A DNA stretch of 63,399 nt, the filler included, from Spirochaetales bacterium (GTDB lineage Bacteria > Spirochaetota > Spirochaetia > Treponematales > UBA12059), in assembly GCA_016928955.1 (NCBI GenBank). It is 5 parts of 5 records of this genome, joined end to end, with 100 filler letters (N's around TTAATTAATTAA, not from the genome) between each part and the next. Parts side by side here need not be neighbours in the genome. Positions count along the whole stretch, not along the records: positions 31,497 to 59,209 come from JAFGJV010000057.1; positions 59,310 to 63,399 come from JAFGJV010000026.1; 3 more parts are not named here. One strand, written 5' to 3'. The notes beneath the pieces are model-generated. The model did no database searches, had not been told where the DNA came from, and saw nothing but the letters and a program-made list of their open reading frames with translations. Positions 48,303 through 61,239 of this stretch are shown here, piece after piece. The translations under genes were made by a program, and so were the position numbers. The stretch's first letter is position 1, and each line of letters opens with the position of its first letter.

Positions 48303-49832
48303 CTAGAAGTACAGGTCCCGCTCTCCGGCCATGATGCGTTTCCGCGCATCCACCAAGTGCTCGAAGGCGGCTTGGGAAAAATCGCCGGGAACGCGTAACT
48401 GAACCTCTGACAACTCGCGCTCGATGATGGCCTCGCCGGCGAGCCTGGTATCCGGGCTGGCAAAATCCTCAAGCCATTCCTGGAACGTCAGAATGGCGTT
48501 CAGCTTGCAGAGATGGCCCTCGGAGCCGCAACGCAGGGCGTCCATGATTTTCTTTCCCGTCCTGCCGCAACGGTACCCTGCCGTGCAGAAGGATACGATG
48601 TGTCCCATGGACGCGAGCTCGCGCACGATCTGGTCCAGGCTGCGCGTGTCGCCAAGCATGAACTGCTGGCGTTCAGCCTTCTGTTCGTCTGAACCAGAAA
48701 AGGCGTCCGCGTAGGCCCCGAGCCCAACGCGGGTGTCGGCGTCCCTCTGCGTGCACATGCCGATCACCGAACGCAGCATGTCTGGCTTTTCACGGTTGGT
48801 CACGATGAGCCCCGCATAGGGTATGGACACGCGCAGGACGGCGATCAGGTAGCGGAAATCGTCGTCGCTCACCCAATGCCCGACCCAGGAGAAGTCAGTC
48901 CCGGCGGCGGGCTCGAGACGGGGCACGGAAACCGTGTGCGGTCCTACGCCAAAGCGGCGCTCCAAATCGCGGGCGTGGGCTACCAGCCCCATGACCTCGA
49001 AGCGCCAATCGTACAAGCCAAACAGCGCGCCTATGGCCACGTCGTCTATGCCAGCCTCCATGGCGCGGTGCAGGCAATACAGTCTCCAGTGATAGTCGCC
49101 TTTAAGGGTTCCTTCAGGATGCACAAAGCGGTACGTAGCCTTGTGGTAGGTTTCCTGGAATACCTGGTAGGTTCCTATGCCGGCTTCCCGGATTTTCACC
49201 AGATCGGCTATGCTCATGGGGGCGGCGTTGATGTTGACGCGGCGTATCTCTCCCACGCCCGATCTGACTTTTTCCTTTACGGCATACACGCGGCGCACGC
49301 TGTCCGCGATATAGTCGGCGCCGGTATCGGGGTGCTCCCCATAGACCATGACCAGGCGCTTGTGCCCGATTTTGCCGGCCAGCACGCGGGCTTCTGCCTC
49401 TACCTCGTCCATGCCCAGAGACCTGCGCTGGACGGCGCTATTGTCGCTCCTGAAGCCGCAGTACCGGCAATTGTTCACGCATTTGCTTCCGCAGTAGAGC
49501 GGGGCAAAGGTGACGACGCGATTGTCGTACACGGCCGTTTTTATCTCGTGGGCGGCGGCCAGCACCTCCTGCCTGAGTTCCGGGTCCGTCACTGTGGCAA
49601 GGGCGGCCACGTCCGCGTCGTCCAATAGCTTAATGGACCGCGCTTTTTGGAGGATACCCCTGATTCTGTCCGCCGGAGCCTGTACGTTGGATGCGAGCGT
49701 CCGCTCGATGTGGCCTTCGTCGATAAAATCCTTGCCGCCGTCCAGATAGCGCTCGATCTCGTCGCGCCGTATCTGGCGTTTGATCCAAGCGGAAACGCTC
49801 TCTGTCCCGGCGCCCGATTCCAAACCATGCAT
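48303..49832 (-). CDS. hydG: [FeFe]-hydrogenase H-cluster radical SAM maturase HydG
   Basis: FAPLY..CVNNCRYC, GEHP, IRRVNIN, FQETYH, GPHTVSVPR; C-terminal CX5CX19C auxiliary-cluster motif. Confidence 0.9.
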   Translation of the reverse strand: MHGLESGAGTESVSAWIKRQIRRDEIERYLDGGKDFIDEGHIERTLASNVQAPADRIRGILQKARSIKLLDDADVAALATVTDPELRQEVLAAAHEIKTAVYDNRVVTFAPLYCGSKCVNNCRYCGFRSDNSAVQRRSLGMDEVEAEARVLAGKIGHKRLVMVYGEHPDTGADYIADSVRRVYAVKEKVRSGVGEIRRVNINAAPMSIADLVKIREAGIGTYQVFQETYHKATYRFVHPEGTLKGDYHWRLYCLHRAMEAGIDDVAIGALFGLYDWRFEVMGLVAHARDLERRFGVGPHTVSVPRLEPAAGTDFSWVGHWVSDDDFRYLIAVLRVSIPYAGLIVTNREKPDMLRSVIGMCTQRDADTRVGLGAYADAFSGSDEQKAERQQFMLGDTRSLDQIVRELASMGHIVSFCTAGYRCGRTGKKIMDALRCGSEGHLCKLNAILTFQEWLEDFASPDTRLAGEAIIERELSEVQLRVPGDFSQAAFEHLVDARKRIMAGERDLYF

Positions 49833-50110
49833 AGGATCCTCCTTGCGCTCGCCCGGGGAAGCCTATGCATGTACGCGGCCAGGGAGCCCCTATGGCGGGG
49901 CACTGGCGGGGTTAGCTATGCGTGGCCGTCCTTGGCTTCAGATGATGTCCTCAACGGTACCAATGATCGTGGGATTTCATCCTGGCCGCGGGTTGCGTTG
50001 TCAACCACGCTATCATAAGGATAAGTATATATCAATAGAAAAAGAACTAAATAAGATTTTATTCCGCGCTTACATGTGGTCGCCTGACGGTATGAAAGGA
50101 CAGTTACGGT

Positions 50111-50764
50111 TCAGCGCGCCGGACTCAGCTCAACCAGGCAGCGTTCGTCGGGCAGGAAGGGCACGGTCACGGTCTTGATGTCCACGGCCGAATAAAGACC
50201 GTCTATAGCCGCCAGCTCGGCTCGGGCCTTGTCCGCCTTGCCCTTGTAGGCGGCCACAAGGCCGCCAGGGGCGCAGGCGCCGAACACCTTGCGGAACAGC
50301 TTGCGCTCGAACGGACGGAACGCGCGGAAGGTAATCAGGGCGTGGGAACCTCGGTAGCGCTCGACCTGCTCCTCGACTATATTCACGTTGTCCAGACCAA
50401 GGGCTATCTTGGCCGTATCAAGCACATTGATGCGCCTGGTCATGCGGTCCACCAAGGTAACGTGCCACTGGGGTCTGGCCAGGGCCAGGGGTATGCCCGG
50501 TAAGCCAGCCCCCGTTCCGAGGTCGGCCAGGGTCGGTTCACCCTGTCCGGCCGCTTTGTCCATCAGCCTGTCCAGCTCAGAAAGGGGAGCAAGGCTGTCC
50601 AGAAGGTGCTTGATGATGAATTCGTCGCCGCTTGCGCCCACCAAGCCAAGGGTAGGATTCAATTCCGCGATAAGCTGTGTATAGAGCGCCAGCCCGTCCA
50701 TGAGGGCGCCGTCTGAAGGGAGGCCGAGCATGCCAAGCCCAGCCGAAAGCAGGTCTTTGTTCAC
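50111..50764 (-). CDS. rsmG: 16S rRNA m7G527 methyltransferase RsmG (GidB)
   Basis: KHLLDSL, DLGTGAGLPGIPLA, FRAF, YKG. Confidence 0.9.
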   Translation of the reverse strand: MNKDLLSAGLGMLGLPSDGALMDGLALYTQLIAELNPTLGLVGASGDEFIIKHLLDSLAPLSELDRLMDKAAGQGEPTLADLGTGAGLPGIPLALARPQWHVTLVDRMTRRINVLDTAKIALGLDNVNIVEEQVERYRGSHALITFRAFRPFERKLFRKVFGACAPGGLVAAYKGKADKARAELAAIDGLYSAVDIKTVTVPFLPDERCLVELSPAR

Positions 50765-50841
50765 GCCGGACAGTGTAGCCCACGGACTGTCCGCGGGCCA
50801 AGTCCTTGACGCCGCCCCGTCGGCACGGAGATAGTGCGAGT

Positions 50842-51732
50842 ATGCGCGCGACCCTCCCACTCATCGCCATAGCCGCCGCGGCATCCTTGCTCTCCGCCGG
50901 AGCCCAGGAGCCCGCCCCAGCCATCAGCGCGGAGCAGAAGAAGCTTGTCGACTATGCCCTGCGGTTTACGGGCGTCCCCTATAAATATGGCGCCCAGTCG
51001 CCAGCGGCCTTTGACTGCTCGGGCTTTGTCCAATACGTGTACCGGAACGCCGTGGGCATGGAGCTCCCCAGGAGCGCCCGGTACTACCTGACGGTGGGCG
51101 TGGCCGCCGACCCCAAGGCTCCCCAAGCGGGAGACATCTTTGTGTACAACACCGTAGGGTCGGGAGCCAGCCACGTGGCCCTGTACCTTGGCAACGGCAC
51201 CGTCATCCATGCCATATCGGAAGGGCCAAAAACCGGCGTTGTGGTGAGCGCGGTGACCGAGCGCTACTGGTCTGCCAGGCTCATGGCCGTGCGCCGGGTG
51301 CTGTCCCCCGCAGGACAAGCAACGGCAGAGGGTCGGGAAGCCGGGCCAACGGGCACGCACGGGCAGGCTGCAGCCGGAGCTTCCTCCCAGCCACCCGCCC
51401 CAACGGAAGCGGTAGTGGCCGAGCTTGGCTTTTCCATACCCGACAAACCTGAAAAGTCCACCGAGAGAATTCCCATAGCCCCGGGAACGCAGATAGCCTT
51501 CACCGTGAGCAACGGCACGGGTAGGGCGGGCACCTTTATCGTGTACCTGTACTCCATAGACGCGGCAAGCTACAAGCTGGACGAACTGCACAGGCAGAAG
51601 GTAGATCTTGCCGCCGGCGAATCCTACGCCTTGCCACCCTGGACCTTCCAGAAGCCCGGCTTGTACCGGCTGATGGTAAAGGGCGACTGGGGTAGGGTGC
51701 TCCTGGAGCGTTCCTACGTGGTGGAGCCCTGA
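50842..51732 (+). CDS. NlpC/P60 (C40) peptidase with a C-terminal beta-sandwich domain
   Basis: GVPYKYG, FDCSGFV, HVALY, IHA; signal peptide. Confidence 0.88.
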   Translation: MRATLPLIAIAAAASLLSAGAQEPAPAISAEQKKLVDYALRFTGVPYKYGAQSPAAFDCSGFVQYVYRNAVGMELPRSARYYLTVGVAADPKAPQAGDIFVYNTVGSGASHVALYLGNGTVIHAISEGPKTGVVVSAVTERYWSARLMAVRRVLSPAGQATAEGREAGPTGTHGQAAAGASSQPPAPTEAVVAELGFSIPDKPEKSTERIPIAPGTQIAFTVSNGTGRAGTFIVYLYSIDAASYKLDELHRQKVDLAAGESYALPPWTFQKPGLYRLMVKGDWGRVLLERSYVVEP

Positions 51733-51746
51733 GGCGCATCATGCAC

Positions 51747-51827
51747 AGGGAGCCTCGAGCTGGCTGTTGAAAAGCATCGAGGTTTTCAGCATCTTGCCAG
51801 AAACCATTGGGTTTGTAGAGGTTCCCC
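51747..51827. repeat. Degenerate composite copy of the palindromic family A
   Basis: AGGGAGCCTC...TAGAGGTTCCC ends; the reverse complement resembles 17883-17905. Confidence 0.55.
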
Positions 51828-51899
51828 ATATTCTTGTTCCCAAAAAAAATCATGGCCTGCTATACTGGACGCCGCCGACACCGGCAAAAGGAGAGCGCC

Positions 51900-53414
51900 A
51901 TGGCAGAGGAACAGAAAAAGACAGATACCGAGGAAAAAAAGCCGCAGTCCGAGCCCTACACCCCACCCAAGGGAGCCTCAACGGTGCTTGCCGCCACCCT
52001 GGGAGGCAAGCGCGTGGACTACGAGGCCGAGGCGGACTGGATCGTGCTCCGCAAGGACGAAAAACCGGCCGCCGAGATGTTCTACACCCGGTATTTCCTG
52101 AAAGACGCCGGTGACCGTCCCCTGACCTTCATATTCAACGGCGGCCCCGGCGCCTCGTCCGTATACCTGCACCTGGGAGCCGCCGGCCCGCGCAGGGCCG
52201 ACTTCGGCCAGCGGGGAGAAAGCCTCCCGCCGCCGCACAAGCTCGTTGACAACGCGGACAGCTGGCTGGCCTTCAGCGACCTTGTGTTCATCGACCCCAT
52301 AGGCACGGGGCTGTCCCGCATGGTGCCAGACGACAAGAAGGACGGCGACAAGAAAGACGGAGAGGGTAAGAAGGACGTCGAGTACTGGCAGCTCAAGCGC
52401 GACCTCGAGTCCATAGGCGAATTCTGCAGGAAATTCCTGTCCCGCTTCAAGCGCTGGGAGAGCCCCATCTTCCTGGCCGGCGAGAGCTACGGCGGCTTCC
52501 GCGTGGCCAAGCTCACCAGGCTCCTCCAGGAGGATTACGGCATAGGGCTGGCCGGCGCCGTCATCATATCGCCAGCCATGGAATTTACCCTGTTGGACGG
52601 CTCGGATTACGACACCATGATGTGGCTGGACAGTTTCCCCACCATGGCAGCGGCGGCCGCCTGGCACGGACGGGCGCGCAAGCTGGCCAAGGGTGAGGAC
52701 CACGCCGCCTATGCCGAGAGGGCCGGTCTCTTTGCCGTGTCCGAGCTCCTCCCGGTACTGGCCGCAGGCGACCTGGTTGGTCAGAAAAAACGGGATACGA
52801 CCCTGGACGCGGCGGCGGACTGGATAGGCATACCCAGGCCCGTCATGCGCGCCAAGAACGGCCGCGTCGCCATAGACTGGTTCGTCAAGAACCTCCTGCG
52901 TGACAAGGGTCTCTTCCTGGGCTTGTACGACGCCACGGCCACGGTCAAGGATCCCTATCCGGACCGCGACGACTGGGTGGGGCCGGATCCCACCCTGCAC
53001 GTCATCGAGCGTGTGTTCGCCGCCGGCATCAACGCCTTGTTGGGCTCATCTATAGGCCTGTCCACGGACCGCGACTACGACCTTATGAGCGAGGAAGCAA
53101 ACAAAAACTGGAAAATTGATACCCGGCGCCATGCCCTGGAAAGCCAGGTGGGCGCCACGGACGACCTGCGCTACGGCATGAGCCTCAATCCCCACATGAA
53201 GGTGTACCTCACGCACGGCCGCTTTGACCTGGTCACGCCGTTCTTCACCGCGGAAAGACTGGCTCGGCTCATGAAGCTGGACGACGAGCGCCGTTCCCGC
53301 CTGACCGTCAAGCATTACGACGGCGGGCACATGTTCTACACCTGGGCGTCCAGCCGGCACGCCTTCTCCAAGGATATGGCCGCCTTCTACGCTGCCGCCC
53401 TGAAGGCAGACTGA
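51900..53414 (+). CDS. S10 family serine carboxypeptidase
   Basis: FNGGPGASS, FIDPIGTG, GESYGG, GHMFY. Confidence 0.92.
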   Translation: MAEEQKKTDTEEKKPQSEPYTPPKGASTVLAATLGGKRVDYEAEADWIVLRKDEKPAAEMFYTRYFLKDAGDRPLTFIFNGGPGASSVYLHLGAAGPRRADFGQRGESLPPPHKLVDNADSWLAFSDLVFIDPIGTGLSRMVPDDKKDGDKKDGEGKKDVEYWQLKRDLESIGEFCRKFLSRFKRWESPIFLAGESYGGFRVAKLTRLLQEDYGIGLAGAVIISPAMEFTLLDGSDYDTMMWLDSFPTMAAAAAWHGRARKLAKGEDHAAYAERAGLFAVSELLPVLAAGDLVGQKKRDTTLDAAADWIGIPRPVMRAKNGRVAIDWFVKNLLRDKGLFLGLYDATATVKDPYPDRDDWVGPDPTLHVIERVFAAGINALLGSSIGLSTDRDYDLMSEEANKNWKIDTRRHALESQVGATDDLRYGMSLNPHMKVYLTHGRFDLVTPFFTAERLARLMKLDDERRSRLTVKHYDGGHMFYTWASSRHAFSKDMAAFYAAALKAD

Positions 53415-53415
53415 C

Positions 53416-54954
53416 ATGAGTTACAGCCCGCCCCAAGGCAGTTCCGTAACCCATACCCGCCTGCGCGATCCCTCACACACGGCGGACATATCCGGCATGT
53501 GCGCGGCGTGCACCTCAGACTGCCCAGGCCCCTGCCAGATAGGCCTGTCCGCGCTGCGCGGACCGGAAGCCATACTCCCATATCAGGCCGACCGCAACCA
53601 GTTCGCCTCCGAAAAACGCTACCCCCTGGACTGGTCGCATTTCAGCGTCAACGGCCGCGTGTTCGGCGTCAGAGGCGCCGCCAACGACCACCGGTCCGCC
53701 TCGTACCCGAGCGTGGACCTGACTTCCAGCTTTGGCCTGTCGTCGCCCGTGCCCGTGTCTGCTCCCTTCATCCTTCCGGCCATGGCCAAACTGGCGTGGA
53801 AGGAGTATTTTGCCGGCGCGGCACTCTTTGGCGTGCCCGTGGTCATAGGCGAGGACGTGATAGCCAAGGACGGAGGCCTGGTCCTGGACGGAACCACGGT
53901 GGACAGCGCCCCCCTGGTGGCCGACATGGTCGATTCATTCAGGCGCTACGATCGCGGACGTGGAGACATCGTACTCCAGGCCAACGAGGACGACGAACTG
54001 CACGGCCTCCTGGAATACGCCATAGCCAAGCTTGGCGTGCGCTCGGTGGAGCTGAAATTCGGGCAGGCGGCCAAGGGCATACAGGGCATGGGCCCGCTTC
54101 CCAGCATTGAGGAAGCCCGCCGCTTCAAGGCCCTTGGATACCTGGTCTTTCCCGACCCTGACGATCCGGAGGTCCAGGACGCCTGCGGCCGCGGGCACGG
54201 CCCCCGTTTCGAGCGCGTCGGCAAACTGCCCCTGTGGACCCCGGAAGGCGTCGTACAGCGCGTGGCCGAGCTCAAGAGCCTGGGAGCCCAGCGCGTGTGC
54301 CTTAAAACCGGCCCCTTTGACCCGCGTGACCTCAAGACCATCCTGGACATAGCATCCGAGTCAGGCGCGGACCTGGTGACCCTGGACGGGGCTGGCGGCG
54401 GCACGGGTTCGAGCCCGGTCACCATGATGAACGAGTGGGGCATACCCACCGTCACGCTAGAAGCCGTGACCCTCAGGCTGCTGGCAAAAATCAAGGCGGC
54501 GGGCAAACCGCTCCCGCCCGTGGCCCTGGCCGGCGGCTTTGCCCTGGAAGACAGCGTGTTCAAGGCCCTGGCCATCGGCGCCCCGCACGTGGGCACCATC
54601 GCCCTTGGACGGGCCGCCATGGCCGCGGCCATGGTCGGCAAACAGCTCGGGGCAGCCATACAGGACGGCGCCCTTCCCAAGGAGTACTCCCGCTTCGGCT
54701 CGACAGCGGACGAGGTCTTTGCCGACCTGTCAGCCCTCAAGGCCCAATACGGCTCGCGCGCCGACTTCCCGGTCGGGGCCGTGGGCGTGTATTCCTACCT
54801 GCGGAGGGTGGCCGTTGGCGTACGGATGCTCATGGCCCTGAACCGCGTGTTCTCGCTGGCCGAGCTCGGTCCAGACTGCGTCGTGCCCATCACGGACGCG
54901 GCCGCCCGGGAAACGGGCCTGCCCACCTATCTGGACAGGGCTGACAGACTGTGA
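53416..54954 (+). CDS. Stand-alone FMN-binding glutamate synthase family protein
   Basis: N-terminal CAACTSDCPGPC, VELKFGQAAKG, DGAGGGTG, EWGIPT, LAGG. Confidence 0.8.
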   Translation: MSYSPPQGSSVTHTRLRDPSHTADISGMCAACTSDCPGPCQIGLSALRGPEAILPYQADRNQFASEKRYPLDWSHFSVNGRVFGVRGAANDHRSASYPSVDLTSSFGLSSPVPVSAPFILPAMAKLAWKEYFAGAALFGVPVVIGEDVIAKDGGLVLDGTTVDSAPLVADMVDSFRRYDRGRGDIVLQANEDDELHGLLEYAIAKLGVRSVELKFGQAAKGIQGMGPLPSIEEARRFKALGYLVFPDPDDPEVQDACGRGHGPRFERVGKLPLWTPEGVVQRVAELKSLGAQRVCLKTGPFDPRDLKTILDIASESGADLVTLDGAGGGTGSSPVTMMNEWGIPTVTLEAVTLRLLAKIKAAGKPLPPVALAGGFALEDSVFKALAIGAPHVGTIALGRAAMAAAMVGKQLGAAIQDGALPKEYSRFGSTADEVFADLSALKAQYGSRADFPVGAVGVYSYLRRVAVGVRMLMALNRVFSLAELGPDCVVPITDAAARETGLPTYLDRADRL

Positions 54955-55194
54955 CTGTGTGGCGGTCGGGGGGCGTCAGTGGCGCTCCTCCGGCCGCCTC
55001 TGGCCAGACACGCCCCCCGGCCGGAGCCTCCTCGCGCCGTCCGGCGCTGCGGGGTCTCCGGCCTCCCCAAGGCGGCATCCTTGCCCAGCGGCCGTGCAGC
55101 CTGCTATACTCCCCGGGCGCCGGCGCCCCGTACGGGCAGTGTAGCGCCCGCGACACAGCAGGTCCCCCCGCTCCATGGGGGGCAAGGAGCGACA

Positions 55195-56559
<1,365 letters not shown>

Positions 56560-56584
56560 ACCCGACCGCGACTGCCTGAAAGGA

Positions 56585-56624
56585 AGGCCGCGCGCTCGCT
56601 CAGAGCGCGCGGCCTTGTTGTTTG
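56585..56624. terminator. Hairpin terminator between convergent genes
   Basis: AAGGCCGCGCGCTC-GCTCA-GAGCGCGCGGCCTT-GTTGTTT. Confidence 0.75.
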
Positions 56625-56649
56625 CCGGCCGGAATACCCTCCAGCGCGG

Positions 56650-58293
56650 TCACTGCCCGAACGCTATCCAGTCGATCCAGCTACGACGCGAGTAGGAACC
56701 GAGGCCGCGGAGGCCCGCCGCGTACACCGCTCCATCGACCGGCGCGGTGGAAAAGGCTGCGCTCGCGCCGTTCAAGGTATAGCGGCCTCTCCCGCTCGAT
56801 GGCGTCCACTCGAGCGACTCGACGACCCAGGCGCCGAGCGGCAGGGCGCGCGACACCAGGGCCGCATCGGTATCCGTCGCTTCGACCCACACATAGGCAA
56901 AGCCCTTCGCGCCCGCGAGCGCCGCGCTGAAGGGGTCGTGCCGAAGGACCAAGGAGGGAGCAAGGCCGTCAAAGCGGGGCCTCGTGCGCTCGTTCGCGCT
57001 CACGTAGAGTTCCAGCTCACCGTAGTGGTCCGCGTCCAGGTCCTGGATCCGCACGCGGCGCTCCACGCGGATGGTCCCGCTTGGCGGGATAGGCAGCCAG
57101 GGGCCGATCAGGAACTTCCCGTCCTCGCCCCGGAGGACGAGGGCTCCGTCAGCGAGCTCGGGCGCCTCGTCGACAAAGGAATCCGACGAGGCGTCGTATA
57201 TACGCCAGTAGCCGGCCGCGCTGTCGTCAAAGTCGTCCCGACGTCCGTTCGACTCGAGCGCCTCGAGCCGCGCGGCGTCAAGCGGCGCCGCGCGCCAATC
57301 GAGAAAACGCGACTGGGTGAGCGCGTACGCGTCCCAGCCGAGCCAGAACACCAGGGCGAGCGATACGAGGGCGCCTGGCAACCTGAGCGGGGGGCGCACG
57401 GCAAGGACGAGGCGCAGCGGGATCGGACCAAAGAGGGCAAGGCCGAGCATGGCGACCTGGGGCCGGAAATTGACGTCGTTGGCCATAGATGCGGGCACGT
57501 AGAGGTCGAGTATGGCGCGGAGCCAGAAGTACAGCGCCAGCGACACAAGCAGGGGGTAGGCATAGCGGTCCCAGGCGGCACGGAAGCGCACGCCGGAGGA
57601 ACCCTGGGCGCGCGCGATGGCTCGGACAGGAATCCTGGCCAAAAACGGTATGCCGACAGCCAACGCGATCCGCGCCGCTATGCCGGCCGCCGTCCCGAGG
57701 ATTCCGCCCTGGCCTGCATCCAAGAGTCCCAAGGATTCGAGCGGCGAGCGGGGCCCAAACAGCACGGGCAGGGTCATAGCCGCCACGAGCATCCACACCC
57801 AGTCGAGCGAGGCGGCCGGCTTCGGCCGGTGGTTGTGGGAAAGCCAGCCGGCCAGCGCCGCGAGCGACGGCACCAGGAAGGCCGCTACCTTGAAGGCTGT
57901 CGGAGCCCAAGGGAAGTCCATGCCCGAGATCGCGAGCACGGGCTCTATGATCTGGAACACGAAGAAACCTTGTCCGATGAAGAAGAGCGAGTAGAAGACC
58001 AGGAAGATTTCGAGCACCTTGAGCGCAACCCGTTCCCCCCGCGTCGCGTCAGGCCGTTTGTATGCCTGGAACTCAAGTGCGACGCGCCCGATGTACTGCC
58101 AGACGAGCCAGGACATGAAGCCCGACAGCGCGAGGAAATGCAGGGGATGGAGGCCGCTTGAGACACCCGCCAAGGCGCCTTTAGCGGTCCCGATCAGCCA
58201 GACCAGGGCCAGAAAGGCAAGGTCCTGCAGGATGTGGCCGATGAGGCTCCCGGCCGTTTCCGGCGCCCGCGCGCCGCCGCTTTCGTCCATCAT
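56650..58293 (-). CDS. Hypothetical polytopic membrane protein with a C-terminal beta-rich soluble domain
   Basis: 548-aa ORF, about 9-10 hydrophobic segments, AAGGAG SD. Confidence 0.65.
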   Translation of the reverse strand: MMDESGGARAPETAGSLIGHILQDLAFLALVWLIGTAKGALAGVSSGLHPLHFLALSGFMSWLVWQYIGRVALEFQAYKRPDATRGERVALKVLEIFLVFYSLFFIGQGFFVFQIIEPVLAISGMDFPWAPTAFKVAAFLVPSLAALAGWLSHNHRPKPAASLDWVWMLVAAMTLPVLFGPRSPLESLGLLDAGQGGILGTAAGIAARIALAVGIPFLARIPVRAIARAQGSSGVRFRAAWDRYAYPLLVSLALYFWLRAILDLYVPASMANDVNFRPQVAMLGLALFGPIPLRLVLAVRPPLRLPGALVSLALVFWLGWDAYALTQSRFLDWRAAPLDAARLEALESNGRRDDFDDSAAGYWRIYDASSDSFVDEAPELADGALVLRGEDGKFLIGPWLPIPPSGTIRVERRVRIQDLDADHYGELELYVSANERTRPRFDGLAPSLVLRHDPFSAALAGAKGFAYVWVEATDTDAALVSRALPLGAWVVESLEWTPSSGRGRYTLNGASAAFSTAPVDGAVYAAGLRGLGSYSRRSWIDWIAFGQ

Positions 58294-58302
58294 CAATACT
58301 CC

Positions 58303-59209
58303 TTACGGATCGACGCGCACGGTGGTCTTGTGGACGCCGGTGCCCGACGGCGACTGGATCCACAGGTAGAGGTAGACGCTGGCCTCCTTCGGGCGCTTCA
58401 CCTTGAAACGGACCTCCTCGACGATGGTCCAGCGCTCGTAGCCGTAGGCGTTCTGCCCGGCGGCTTCCTTTTTGACGCGCGTATACCCTGTGAACGTGGC
58501 GCCTTCGTAGCGCAAGTCGCCGTCGTAGAAATCGGGGCTGAGCCAGTAGTTGTTGTCGGTGCCTGAGTCGACCGTGGTGGTTTCGGTCAGCGTGATGAGA
58601 AGGTCCTCGCCGCGGAGTTCCCAGCGAAGGACGTCTGAGCCGCCGCTCGTCACCGTGTCCTTGCCCGCGGACTGCGTGTCCGCGGCGATCTCCTTGCCCG
58701 CGGCAGACGTGCCCGCCGATGCGTCCGAGCCACCGGGCGTAGCGTCAGGTGTGCCCTTGGTGTCATCCGCGGCTTTTTTCGACGGGTCGAATTCCTCCGG
58801 CGGATTCTCGAGCATGAACGAGAGCTCCGACACGAGCGACTGGATGCGGAATTCCTCCGAGAAATACTCGCTGCTCCGCTTGCCGCTCTTTTCGGTGCCG
58901 ACCCAGTAGACGATACGGTCGGGCGCGCCCTGCTTGAGGAAGAAGTCGAGCGGGGCGGCGATGAGCAGTTCGCCGTCCGACAGGATGGCCAGGGACTGGA
59001 TGAGCTTCCGGTCGCCGCGGTAGAGTGCGGCGCGGACGCGCTGGCCTTCGCCCATGCCCGTGACGGAGACGCGTATAGTCGCCTCGTTCCGCGCGTAGCG
59101 CTCGGCGTCGCGCTGGTAGCCATACTGGTACTTGACGAGCTTCGTGCGCACGTTCTCCGCCGCGCGCGCGATGACCGCGGTCAGGCGCTGGGCCAGCACG
59201 GCCTTGTAG
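58303..59209 (-). CDS. Hypothetical protein (5' truncated at contig end)
   Basis: Open frame runs into the gap; low-complexity linker and beta-rich C-terminal domain. Confidence 0.6.
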
Positions 59210-59309
59210 NNNNNNNNNNNNNNNNNNNNNNNNNNNNNNNNNNNNNNNNNNNNTTAATTAATTAANNNNNNNNNNNNNNNNNNNNNNNNNNNNNNNNNNN
59301 NNNNNNNNN
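59210..59309. other. Contig-join linker
   Basis: N-TTAATTAATTAA-N spacer. Confidence 0.97.
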
Positions 59310-59358
59310 AAACAACCCCGCCTTGCGGCGGGGCTGTGTACAGTAACGTGTTTTTTTC

Positions 59359-61218
<1,860 letters not shown>

Positions 61219-61239
61219 TTAGGCTATACTTTGGCAGGC

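Noticed and set aside
54955..55194. T-box riboswitch before glyQS (also checked gltX, glnS, aspS)
   Set aside because: No T-box consensus or terminator; promoter-like hexamers lie close to the starts.
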